Virus record (IMG/VR): IMGVR_UViG_2630968567_000005
Source of the DNA: an uncultured virus (IMG/VR IMGVR_UViG_2630968567_000005)
Lineage: Duplodnaviria; Heunggongvirae; Uroviricota; Caudoviricetes
Direction: 5' to 3' (one strand)
DNA length: 64,000 nucleotides
Shown: positions 1-9,370 of the stretch, in pieces
Numbering within the stretch: the stretch's first letter is position 1
Layout: each line of letters opens with the position of its first letter
Made by a program: the position numbers and the translations under genes
Notes under the pieces: generated by a model
The model's input: the letters and a program-made list of their open reading frames with translations, nothing else
What the model was told of the DNA's origin: nothing
The model's database searches: none

Positions 1-441
1 CTATTCCGGCGCTGTCGGCCACCCAATATCCGGCGCAAGAGAAACATCAGCGTTTTTCACTGCAATACGGTATTGCTTCCACGCTTTCAAATCAGATCGC
101 AGTTTATCTGGCACATCTTTTTCGCTATCCTCTAACCCTTCTATCTCATCTGTAATAGCACCTATCATGTCCGATGCGTGAGACATAAGGGAGGCTTTCT
201 CAAGATTAGAGGGAGCTAAAAGCGACCCTTTTAAAATATCGATATCTTCGGGTGACAGTCCACCCGTTTCTACCCATGTTCCACCAGTCCACTCGCCAGT
301 TTCGCTATTCTTTATCGCCCCTTGATATTGGGCTTTGTAATAACCGTTACCCACTAAGTCGGCTGTCCAGTTATCGGGTGTCGCACCTTCAACATGATCT
401 TCCAAATAGAAGCCATGAATATCTAATATATTAATCTTCAT
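1..441 (-). CDS. Tail fibre assembly protein (Tfa-like)
   Basis: C-terminal 'LKAWKQYRIAV...APDIGWPTAPE' motif; follows the tail fibre gene. Confidence 0.85.
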   Translation of the reverse strand: MKINILDIHGFYLEDHVEGATPDNWTADLVGNGYYKAQYQGAIKNSETGEWTGGTWVETGGLSPEDIDILKGSLLAPSNLEKASLMSHASDMIGAITDEIEGLEDSEKDVPDKLRSDLKAWKQYRIAVKNADVSLAPDIGWPTAPE

Positions 442-449
442 AATCCCCC

Positions 450-2261
450 TTATTGTAGAGAAAAGTTGAACAACATAGATATTGTCGCGCCAGATATAAA
501 ACCGGCAGTTTTTATAGTGCCATCAGGATTTACTGTAACCCTTGGGGATATAGCATTTGCACCCGCAGCACCCGCTACCACACAAACCACAGCAAAACTT
601 GGTCGGTAACCAAGCGGTAATGTAGTAATAACAGATCCGTCTATATACGCCCCATTCTGTAAGGTAGCCTCGATATATACATGCCCCAGAACTTTACGGT
701 ACACCCCTCTTGTCGTCGGGTATACAGTCCAACCACTCAGTAGGGTAAGATTAGTCCAAGGGGTATTAGCTACCTTGCTTGCCGTAAATGCATCAGACTC
801 AACAGTAGTCATACGAGAACTTAATAGTGCAATTTCAGTTGCCAGCTCCAGCGCATTTATCTGGCCTTCATTGAATGCCGTACCAGCAAGTAGAATGACA
901 TAGCAACCCGTTGCGTTGAGCATCCGAGTTTCTGCCGCAACACGAGGTGTTCCATTTGTTCCATCGTCTTTTAAAACTAAGTTTTCGGTGACTGCGGAGG
1001 TATTAGCGATAGTGTTCACCCCAACAGTACCACCGGTACCAACATACGCGAAAACACCACTATTACGTGTGCCGGATAGTCCAATTGCATGCCCTTGAAA
1101 AGCATCCATCTGAATAGTGCCGGTAACCCCATTTGATTTAGCGCCATCGCCACGCCGGACAGGCGCACCCACACTACCGGGGGATTTGCCGTTCTCATCG
1201 GGCAGCCTAAATGTTGTAGTGCCGTTGCCGCTTGACCACTTCATTCTTTTGAGGGGATCGGCTTGCCATTCAGCCTCTGTAATTACAAGGCCTTTAGCTT
1301 GAGCCGCCGCCCATGCATCTGGGAATAAAGCCCTGCTAAGTTCTTGTCCATCGCGCGGGGCCGTTCCCTCTGGGATGTGTGTGCGGTTATCTTCCCACCA
1401 ACTGAACAGTAGCGGTAAACCGCCAGCTGGCTTTGCGTCTAACTGTTGCTTAGTGACTGCACCTTTCGGATCTGTGGCGTCACCGGCTAATATTACCGGC
1501 CCTGTAAATGTGCCGCCTGTAGTATGCATAAGTAAATCGGGGTTAACGCTTTCAGCAAATTGTTCCGCTTCATCTCTGGCAGTAACTGCCCCATCTTTGC
1601 TTTGTGTAGCTATTGTTGCAGCCTCAGATGCAATCGATGCCGAATCTGTCGCCGCAGCAGCAGCATCGCTGGCTGTCGTAGCGGAACCAGAAGCCGATGT
1701 TGCAGAACCTTCCGCTGCCGCTTCTGCTGACTGGGCCGCTGTCTTTGCCGCGACCGCTTCATCTCGTGCCGTTTCCGCCCCAGCCACCGCCTCTCCGGCG
1801 TTCTCTATCAGCTCCCTGTTATCATCAAACCACGTTTTCGAGTCATTAACCCATGCAGTCAGATCGCTCAAAGATGGAATAACCACAGTGGAACCATCTG
1901 GCGCAATAATACTCACATTGCCGGTTCCAGTGGTTATATCTTGCCAGTCTTCTAATAACTTCTGATATAAAGTCAATTGCACGGCTGTTCTACGCGCCAA
2001 GTCAGACATTGAATTTGATACAGTCGTGACAATTGCATATTCAGAATTGGTAATTGCTATAGCAATATTTCGGGTTATTCGGATTTTAGTATCGCTATCG
2101 ACAGCAAGTATTTCATATATTACAACCTGCCCAGAGCCAGGAATAAATATCATCTGCCCAGGGGCGATTCCAAATATTGGGTTATTCCATAGCGTACCAA
2201 CGCCAGTAATCACATTTGTCCCAGCTACGGACGTGACTGTTCCTGCCTCATACCAAGACAT
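450..2261 (-). CDS. Side tail fibre protein
   Basis: N-terminal 'WYEAGTV..G...GVGTLW' attachment motif, Ala/Ser-rich spacer, collar-like 'GNGTTTFRLPD' and 'AETRMLN' motifs. Confidence 0.85.
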   Translation of the reverse strand: MSWYEAGTVTSVAGTNVITGVGTLWNNPIFGIAPGQMIFIPGSGQVVIYEILAVDSDTKIRITRNIAIAITNSEYAIVTTVSNSMSDLARRTAVQLTLYQKLLEDWQDITTGTGNVSIIAPDGSTVVIPSLSDLTAWVNDSKTWFDDNRELIENAGEAVAGAETARDEAVAAKTAAQSAEAAAEGSATSASGSATTASDAAAAATDSASIASEAATIATQSKDGAVTARDEAEQFAESVNPDLLMHTTGGTFTGPVILAGDATDPKGAVTKQQLDAKPAGGLPLLFSWWEDNRTHIPEGTAPRDGQELSRALFPDAWAAAQAKGLVITEAEWQADPLKRMKWSSGNGTTTFRLPDENGKSPGSVGAPVRRGDGAKSNGVTGTIQMDAFQGHAIGLSGTRNSGVFAYVGTGGTVGVNTIANTSAVTENLVLKDDGTNGTPRVAAETRMLNATGCYVILLAGTAFNEGQINALELATEIALLSSRMTTVESDAFTASKVANTPWTNLTLLSGWTVYPTTRGVYRKVLGHVYIEATLQNGAYIDGSVITTLPLGYRPSFAVVCVVAGAAGANAISPRVTVNPDGTIKTAGFISGATISMLFNFSLQ

Positions 2262-2286
2262 AATTGTATTCCTATTAAGTTATTTG

Positions 2287-3003
2287 TTAGGCATAGCCGA
2301 GTGAGGCTTTGTAGTACTGGTCATACAGTGATGTTTCTATATAAGCGCAACCTTTAGAAAATCCATCTGCGGAGCCGCCACCCGCGCTCTGGGAAATTTG
2401 CCTGAACACTGGGGTAATAATGCCGGACGAAAAACCTGTGAAGCAAAACAGAAAAATAAGTGCGGTCGGTGGGTTTGTCCCAGGAATACCTTGAGTTAGC
2501 TGCCTTGCTACTGAACAAATTGTGGCACATGGCATTGTGGGTGCAGGCGTCGTTAACTGTGGGCGCTCCCAAAACTTGATATCTAGCGGTAGGCAATTAC
2601 CCGTATAAACGAGCTGCCCGTCCTTGTAGAAGTAAATCCCCCACTCTGGGATGTTGGCTACAAATTCTGAGAACACATAAAATCGGATGGTGTGAGCTAA
2701 TCCCGCTGTACCCGCTGTCGTGTGTACCCGCCAAAAGCCATTCGGGCCTTGTTCGGCGTAGTGAAGAACGCCACCGCTAGCGCCTTGCTGGCTCCCAGTT
2801 GATAGTATCTTATGGAAAATGAAACACTTTTTGGCGTTTGGGACGATAGTTTCGTAATAATGCTGGGCTGATACATCGCCGGTGTAGTCTGCCGTCCTGT
2901 CCATCACCTGCACTAATACTGTGGGCGTAAACTCAGGGGAGGCAAATATCACCCCATCATCACGCGTTATTTGCATGCCAAAGCCGTCCATTACACTACC
3001 CAC
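2287..3003 (-). CDS. Hypothetical tail-tip-associated protein
   Basis: 238-aa ORF between J and the tail fibre. Confidence 0.55.
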   Translation of the reverse strand: MGSVMDGFGMQITRDDGVIFASPEFTPTVLVQVMDRTADYTGDVSAQHYYETIVPNAKKCFIFHKILSTGSQQGASGGVLHYAEQGPNGFWRVHTTAGTAGLAHTIRFYVFSEFVANIPEWGIYFYKDGQLVYTGNCLPLDIKFWERPQLTTPAPTMPCATICSVARQLTQGIPGTNPPTALIFLFCFTGFSSGIITPVFRQISQSAGGGSADGFSKGCAYIETSLYDQYYKASLGYA

Positions 3004-3257
3004 ACGATTATTGAGTTACCCGCGGCGTTTGACCACGAGACAGTTCCACCAGAGACAGACACGACTGCTTCTGTTGCAAATGACCCCGCTGTCGTGAAAT
3101 AAGCTTTAGCCCGAAGGCTTTTTCCAGCAGGCACGGTATACGATCGTGAGCCGCTATTGTTCCCAATAAAATAATCCATCATATAAGCAGGGAGAAACGC
3201 ATTAATCACATCAAATGTACCGCCAGGCATAAATAGTTGAGCACCCCATTTAGACAT
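2991..3257 (-). CDS. Hypothetical tail-tip-associated protein
   Basis: 88-aa ORF immediately after J. Confidence 0.55.
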   Translation of the reverse strand: MSKWGAQLFMPGGTFDVINAFLPAYMMDYFIGNNSGSRSYTVPAGKSLRAKAYFTTAGSFATEAVVSVSGGTVSWSNAAGNSIIVWVV

Positions 3258-3259
3258 AT

Positions 3260-6200
3260 TTACACCTCCAGTTTTTTCCCAATAACGACGACGATTTGAT
3301 CACTTTCATTAAATACTGTGATTCGGTTATTAACTAACCTCAGTTTCCCTTCGCCAGCAACAGCGCCATTCATTTCAAATGAACCATCCGCAGCCATTCT
3401 CGTTCCCGTTTTGCCCGAAACAAAATTAGCTGATTTCCATTCACCAATTTTTGCCAGAGTAATTGAGGCGTAATTAATGAATGCCTCATTAATAAACGTC
3501 TGCCCATTCTCTATTGCGAATGCAAGTTTATAACTGTTATCGCTTGGGTTATAAACACCGAAAGTATTTGCGGAAAATAGAACCTGACTTGTCCAGTTGG
3601 CACCATCAAATTCGACCCCTATCGCCATTCCTGCTGATTTATATACCCCATTAAATTCAGCTCCAACTTTAAGCGTAGTAATGGCGCTGCCCGTACCATC
3701 AACTTTAACAACCGTTTCTGCTCGTCGTTCAATAGCGGCTGAGTTTTCACCGACCTGTGATTGAACACCTTCAATTATTGTTGCTGTTGCTGCAAGTTCA
3801 GTAATAACTGTTTGACGTATATCGAATATTTCAGCCCTGAAATCACCGTTTTGTTTCTTCCAACGATGAACATCAGCATCATTAGCTAGAGCATTTTCAA
3901 TAATTGCTTCAGCATTCATATCCAGATCGGATGACAATTGCCCGAAGGTTTCTGATCCCTTTATAGCCTGGTCAATGTAATCAATCATGCCGGGAATATC
4001 TGACGATGCTACACCGGAGGCTTCAACAAACTCAGAAACACCAAACGCATTACGAGTCCTGACGTAAACATAATAAGTCGTGTCAGCCTTGAGCCCGTTC
4101 AGCGCCCATTGAGTTGAACGTCCTAAAAACTGAGCCTCACTTTCAATATTTGTCGCACTAGATGCTGGTATTTCTCCTGTCCACCAAAACTCAAAGGTAG
4201 TATCTGTTGTGGCTGTAATATTCATTACCGGCACAACATCAGCAGAAAATACCCCAGGAGTCCATCTAACAGAAGATGGCATAGGGGGCACACCAATGAG
4301 CAAGCTGACCTGTGTTTCTGCGCCCTTCATACCATTATCATTGCGTCCACGAACACCAAGAGAATATGTTCCGGCTGGGATGCCAAAGAAGTTATAGCGG
4401 AATTGAACTGTTTCGTATTGAGCGAATACTGCTCCATCCAAGGTATAGACCAACAGCTCAAACACCAGTTTTCTGGTTGTAGTGGCGGTTTCCCACGAAG
4501 CGCTTACTTGAACAGTTTCACTGTTCGTATTGATGACCCGAAGATTCTCAATATTTGGGACACGATAGCCATTTAGTGTATCTGAAGGGACATCAAATAC
4601 GGCTCCTTCGTCAACGATGGCTTGCTTATTGGGGTTATGCAACGTTGCAGATATGCTGTAGATAGAGTTATTTTCATCTTCAGAAATCCCCATTATGCGA
4701 AACAACCGCGTAGCTACTTCACTGGTTGAAATTGCAAACGTAGTACCATCTCTAACCCAGGCTGGAGCCACTTTCAGCGTGATAGTAGAACCATTAACTG
4801 AGGCAATTTCATATTTAGTGAACTTCGCGTTAGCGCCCATGATAGACATGGTGTCGCCATTCCCAGCCAATGTGGACACATCGGCATCAACATTGATCAC
4901 TACGCCACTGTGACTAACTATACGTCCACCGAGCCTGGTTGCTGCTCGGTTGTTATCCATTAACTCAATGATGTCGCCTGGGATAAACCCAATAGCATCC
5001 CGCGCCATACGAAACGTTACTTTGTCCTTTTCAAGTTTGGCGCTTTCAACCAACCATTTTGCTGTCCTACGGGCCTGACCGCGTGACGTACAACCAAAGG
5101 CTTCAATGGTGGTCTCGTTGTATGCACCACTGCTGCTGATCATCTCATCATCAGAGTAGTATTCTTTCACTTGTTCCCAACCGTTATTGGGATCAGTCCA
5201 AGATACAACCACCGCGTTGTATCGCTCTGAGCGCTTCATTGCGCTATAAGTGAATAGCCCATCAACGACGCTGGCATTCGTTACAACAGCTACCGGGTCT
5301 TGTGGTCGGTCGATCATGATGGAAAAGCGCATGCCATCCCACAAAGCAATGCCGCGAAACATGCCCGCAATATCATCCAGCAGTTCGCGCGCGCTCTTCT
5401 GCTCGGTGATGTAGGCATTTAAGGTAAAGCGCGGTTCTTCTCCGCCGAAACCATCTTCTACTTTTTGATCACAGAACTGTGATAGTACGTACAGGCTGCC
5501 GTCATCAACATCAACGTATCCAGCGCGACGAGCCAACCCATAGCGCGTATTTTTAACCAACATGCGGAATATCCACGCCGGATTATTAGTCCATGCAGAT
5601 TTGAAGCCACCTAACCAAAGCCCGGTATATGTGCGGGTTATTGGGTCATAATTATCGGGAACATCAACAATTATCCCTCTCAGATGGGAGGTTCGATTCG
5701 GTGTGTCGGTGTACTGGTCTCGGTCAATAACGGCACCACAAACAGCGGTGTATGGGTAAGAAAGGTTATCGTCAATGATTTCAGTGTAGCTATTCCACGC
5801 AGTGCCATTATTTAGAAGGTCACTCGTGCTATCTGGAGTTACGCGGCGCACACGGATATCAAATGGCTTGGTCTCTGGGGCATCAATAACATGGGCCTCC
5901 AGATATTCACCTGAAATCTTGCCTGTGATCGTTACCGTTTTTATCGGCGTAAATGCACCATTTCCCACCCTTGTCTCAATAACCATCGTTACCGAGGTAT
6001 TTCTTTGGTTACCCTGTGTATCCTGCTCAACCAAGGCATTAACGCCCACATTAAGCCGAACGCGCGTTACGTTATTATCAGTAACCGTGCGCACCAGAGG
6101 AGTGGCCTGCGTAACGTCTGTATTAACAATAGTGGTGGACTCTATAGCAGAGAAACCATTGATTGGGAGCTGCGTTGCTGATCCTGGGCGCCAAGCGACA

Positions 6201-6400
6201 CTCACACCAGGGACACTGACGACACCGGTATTATTGGTAATTGGCGTTTTATTCAATCTGAATGAGGAGAGGTGTTCCTGATCTACTGGGCCGTAAATTG
6301 GCCCCTCAGAAATAATGTCCAGAACGCGATAGAACTGCTTTGACGTGAGGTTGTCATTAATAAGTGTTGGCGTACTTCCGCCACCGCCGCCTGAACTCAT
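3260..6400 (-). CDS. J: Tail tip / host specificity protein J
   Basis: 1046 aa, 'ISEGPIYG', 'AWTNNPAW', 'FGCTSRGQARR' lambda-J motifs. Confidence 0.95.
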   Translation of the reverse strand: MSSGGGGGSTPTLINDNLTSKQFYRVLDIISEGPIYGPVDQEHLSSFRLNKTPITNNTGVVSVPGVSVAWRPGSATQLPINGFSAIESTTIVNTDVTQATPLVRTVTDNNVTRVRLNVGVNALVEQDTQGNQRNTSVTMVIETRVGNGAFTPIKTVTITGKISGEYLEAHVIDAPETKPFDIRVRRVTPDSTSDLLNNGTAWNSYTEIIDDNLSYPYTAVCGAVIDRDQYTDTPNRTSHLRGIIVDVPDNYDPITRTYTGLWLGGFKSAWTNNPAWIFRMLVKNTRYGLARRAGYVDVDDGSLYVLSQFCDQKVEDGFGGEEPRFTLNAYITEQKSARELLDDIAGMFRGIALWDGMRFSIMIDRPQDPVAVVTNASVVDGLFTYSAMKRSERYNAVVVSWTDPNNGWEQVKEYYSDDEMISSSGAYNETTIEAFGCTSRGQARRTAKWLVESAKLEKDKVTFRMARDAIGFIPGDIIELMDNNRAATRLGGRIVSHSGVVINVDADVSTLAGNGDTMSIMGANAKFTKYEIASVNGSTITLKVAPAWVRDGTTFAISTSEVATRLFRIMGISEDENNSIYSISATLHNPNKQAIVDEGAVFDVPSDTLNGYRVPNIENLRVINTNSETVQVSASWETATTTRKLVFELLVYTLDGAVFAQYETVQFRYNFFGIPAGTYSLGVRGRNDNGMKGAETQVSLLIGVPPMPSSVRWTPGVFSADVVPVMNITATTDTTFEFWWTGEIPASSATNIESEAQFLGRSTQWALNGLKADTTYYVYVRTRNAFGVSEFVEASGVASSDIPGMIDYIDQAIKGSETFGQLSSDLDMNAEAIIENALANDADVHRWKKQNGDFRAEIFDIRQTVITELAATATIIEGVQSQVGENSAAIERRAETVVKVDGTGSAITTLKVGAEFNGVYKSAGMAIGVEFDGANWTSQVLFSANTFGVYNPSDNSYKLAFAIENGQTFINEAFINYASITLAKIGEWKSANFVSGKTGTRMAADGSFEMNGAVAGEGKLRLVNNRITVFNESDQIVVVIGKKLEV

Positions 6401-6409
6401 ATTTTCACC

Positions 6410-6937
6410 TTAGCTAATAGAGATGTTCCAGTCTTTGTTATTGCTGGTATCAATACCAAGTGACCCCACGTTTGACCCAACAACCATTTCACCCAACAGC
6501 AATGGAACAGGACGCCCCTGTCCGACTTTGTTTTCAGCGCTAGTGTATGAGTTGTTCGTTATCGAACCGCTTTGTGCTGATTCAGCCGAGGTCTTGGTTT
6601 TCATGTTCGAGGTCATATAGAGCGAATAAGCTACAGAGGCCACGGTAACGGCGACCATGATCCACGCTGCGGCCACAGCAGTTATTGCCCCCTCAACAAC
6701 CGGAACAAACAAGACCGTCGCGCCATCCCTTAAGTGCCGATCCATATGGAAATTAAGCGTGTCACTGGAAACGTCATTACCATCAATCCGTATTCGAATT
6801 TTTGATTTATAGAAGTCACGTTTGAATTCAGGACATTGAGCGAGAAGAAGACGCAATCCCTGCGAGGTGGTATCAACTGTTAAAGTGACCTGGCGGAAAT
6901 GTCGTCGAAGATTCCCCGCAAATCTAAATATGAGCAT
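6410..6937 (-). CDS. I: Tail assembly protein I
   Basis: Ubiquitin-like N-terminus ending 'FVPVVEGA' and 'GQGRPVPLLLGEMVVGS'. Confidence 0.9.
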   Translation of the reverse strand: MLIFRFAGNLRRHFRQVTLTVDTTSQGLRLLLAQCPEFKRDFYKSKIRIRIDGNDVSSDTLNFHMDRHLRDGATVLFVPVVEGAITAVAAAWIMVAVTVASVAYSLYMTSNMKTKTSAESAQSGSITNNSYTSAENKVGQGRPVPLLLGEMVVGSNVGSLGIDTSNNKDWNISIS

Positions 6938-7608
6938 TGTTCATGCCTCCAGACAGAATGGGTAAGGCGTAGGTAAGCTGGCCGTAGTTGTTCTCGACGG
7001 CTTAGACGTCCGATGTTTTCATGATGAAGAATGGTGTTATCACCGAGATAAATCATGGCGTGGCAAGGGTCGGTTTCAGGGAATGCACGCCGGATAAGCA
7101 CATCACCTGGCTGAATATCTTGCATCTCAATCGGATGAAATCTATTGGCTGGCATGTTCTTCAAGTAAAGGTTTTCGCCTCGAAGCCACCAACCGTTAGT
7201 GCGTTCAAAATCAGGTAAGTCGATGCCGCATAAGTGGTAGGCGTCACGAAATAGCGTGTAGCAGTCCATCACACCATGCTTGAAAGTCCGACCTAGCAGG
7301 TACTCTACAGGTCTAAATTTCCGAAGCTTTCCACCGCTAGCCAGCCACCAATCGATACCGGTTGCCAGTTGGGCTGTCCGATCTGCGCCAGATAGCACTA
7401 ACTTTTGCCCTGGGTGAGAATGAAAAACGGCGGTGATTTCTCCCGCCGCTTCAGCATGCAACCAGTCATCGTCACTTATCCTGAAATGTCGCTCAGGTGT
7501 CGGATGCGCATTCCTGCACTTAATCAGACTCCTCCCATCAACTATCAGGCCGCAAACCTCATCACCAGACGAGGCCGCGAACTCAAGGCATTCATTTTCA
7601 AGCATCAT
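6880..7608 (-). CDS. K: Tail assembly protein K (JAB + NlpC/P60)
   Basis: 'EVCG', 'HSHP', 'GVMDCYTL' and 'HAMIYLG' motifs. Confidence 0.92.
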   Translation of the reverse strand: MMLENECLEFAASSGDEVCGLIVDGRSLIKCRNAHPTPERHFRISDDDWLHAEAAGEITAVFHSHPGQKLVLSGADRTAQLATGIDWWLASGGKLRKFRPVEYLLGRTFKHGVMDCYTLFRDAYHLCGIDLPDFERTNGWWLRGENLYLKNMPANRFHPIEMQDIQPGDVLIRRAFPETDPCHAMIYLGDNTILHHENIGRLSRREQLRPAYLRLTHSVWRHEQCSYLDLRGIFDDISARSL

Positions 7609-8309
7609 GACACCTTAGCTGAACCGGGGAAGCCGCCGAACGGCAGCGAGGAAGGTTTCGGATAGCGTTTACGGCACCCTGACGGATGCTTAGAACACTT
7701 ATCTTTTGATGGGTCGGATGTCGGGATATCTTTATCATCAGCAACTGGCGGCCCAGAGTAACCACAGCCATCACCGCGATATATCCACTGGCAAACATCA
7801 GCCAGGATAGTACGCGCGGGAATAATGGCATTATCACAGTCAACAGGAGTGGCAAGGTTGTAAGTCACTGTCTCGAAAGTTTCCTCAACCATTTCTTCAA
7901 TCACGTAGCGGGAAACAACTTCCATCGTGGTATCCGAATCTGGATTGCCACCAGGAAAATTAACTGCATCAAGATTTTGAACCAGAACCTGCCGCCGCGT
8001 TACGATCGCGCCCAATGCATCATCAAAATCGCTGTTAATACCGGTGATTAGGCCGGTGATATTCGCAACCTTCATGGTCGGGCGAGAATATGTACCTTCT
8101 GATTTAACCTCAAAGCCTTCAACAGCTATCGGATAAGCTGAGTATTGCCGCCCTTTCCAGATAACATCACCGTAATAACCGTTAGTTCCAGAGTGAAAGC
8201 GGATAACATCACCGCCGAATGACTGCAAATCAACCTCGAATAGGTCAATCATTGCGCCAACGCCAGAGTCCACACTCTCAATTATTAAATTGGCTGGTAT
8301 ATCGCGCAC
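7605..8309 (-). CDS. L: Minor tail protein L
   Basis: 'CQWIYRGDGCGY...DKCSK...C...FGGFPG' Cys motif. Confidence 0.93.
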   Translation of the reverse strand: MRDIPANLIIESVDSGVGAMIDLFEVDLQSFGGDVIRFHSGTNGYYGDVIWKGRQYSAYPIAVEGFEVKSEGTYSRPTMKVANITGLITGINSDFDDALGAIVTRRQVLVQNLDAVNFPGGNPDSDTTMEVVSRYVIEEMVEETFETVTYNLATPVDCDNAIIPARTILADVCQWIYRGDGCGYSGPPVADDKDIPTSDPSKDKCSKHPSGCRKRYPKPSSLPFGGFPGSAKVS

Positions 8310-8436
8310 GACTAACTCCCATTTAAAAAGCCACCCAAAGGTGGCTACTGTCTGAATATCAGAGGTTATCTGAGTTGCATATGATAATGTTGGCCCCAGA
8401 GAACTTAGACATTTGCTGTCCGAGAGAGGAACCTAG

Positions 8437-8991
8437 ATGTTTGGCTGGCGTAAAAACAAGTACGATAATAACTATATCAAGTCATTGCTTAATATTCCGA
8501 CTCATCCTCCTGAATGGCATCCCAATGTAGAGATTGCTGTCGGAGGGTTAACAGAGGTGGGTTTCTCTCATCTACAAAATCACCTGTTGCTGGTCGTATC
8601 ATCCTCGGGGCGGGGAGTATTCAACTGTATTACTGGCGAAAAGGTTGCCAGAGATTTTGAAGAATACGGGGACTGGTACGATCCAATAAATTTAACCTGC
8701 AAAGGCATAGGGACATTAGCAGGTGAGGATATTTCCATTGCTGGCCTATGTGGCGGCGGATTGCCAATGTGTAATCATTACGGTGAAACATTGATACGGG
8801 CGGCACCAGAATGGCCTATTGAGGTCTTAATCTGGTGTCCACCAAGTAAAGATGCATTATGCATAGGCCATCAGGAGGGATGTTTCAAACTGGTTTCCGA
8901 CCATTTCCGTTGCACGGGATTTTCGTGGGATGGTGATTTCATCATTTCCGCGACCAGTAGTGATATTACTATTTGGCATAGAAAACGATAG
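8437..8991 (+). CDS. Moron, hypothetical protein, antisense to the tail operon
   Basis: 184-aa ORF with GAGGA RBS, inserted between M and L. Confidence 0.7.
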   Translation: MFGWRKNKYDNNYIKSLLNIPTHPPEWHPNVEIAVGGLTEVGFSHLQNHLLLVVSSSGRGVFNCITGEKVARDFEEYGDWYDPINLTCKGIGTLAGEDISIAGLCGGGLPMCNHYGETLIRAAPEWPIEVLIWCPPSKDALCIGHQEGCFKLVSDHFRCTGFSWDGDFIISATSSDITIWHRKR

Positions 8992-9004
8992 TTTCGCCAG
9001 AGCA

Positions 9005-9358
9005 CTACCGCGGAACTTGTTCAAATGTGGCGGCAAGTTCAAACAATATACCGGTCTTTGTCAAACTCCAGGAGCGACAGACAAACATCTTCTGCCCCCC
9101 CGTATCAGGTGGTGTCCAGTAGAATGCCTCCACAGACATTCGATTTTTGATAAATGCCTCAGCAGCTTTCGCAGCGTTTGGACGGTTACATTTACTGTCA
9201 TCAATCCCTTTAAATGTCAGCGAGTAGCTATCCATCAGCGGATTAATGCCTTTAACTTGCCGCTGTTCGTAACCATCGCCAAGTTTAACGACGGCAACAT
9301 TTGGCGCGCGGGAAGCCGTGAAGCCTTTTTGTGGGCTCCATGTGAATGTTTCTGGCAT
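9005..9358 (-). CDS. M: Minor tail protein M
   Basis: 'LGDGYEQR..GIN', 'FYWTPP', 'ATFEQV'. Confidence 0.92.
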   Translation of the reverse strand: MPETFTWSPQKGFTASRAPNVAVVKLGDGYEQRQVKGINPLMDSYSLTFKGIDDSKCNRPNAAKAAEAFIKNRMSVEAFYWTPPDTGGQKMFVCRSWSLTKTGILFELAATFEQVPR

Positions 9359-9370
9359 GGGGTTTTCCTG

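Noticed and set aside
1375..1965. 196-aa plus-strand ORF
   Set aside because: Antisense shadow of the Ala-rich tail fibre segment
450..2261. Tail fibre diversification (DGR or invertase)
   Set aside because: No reverse transcriptase, template repeat or invertase seen within the window
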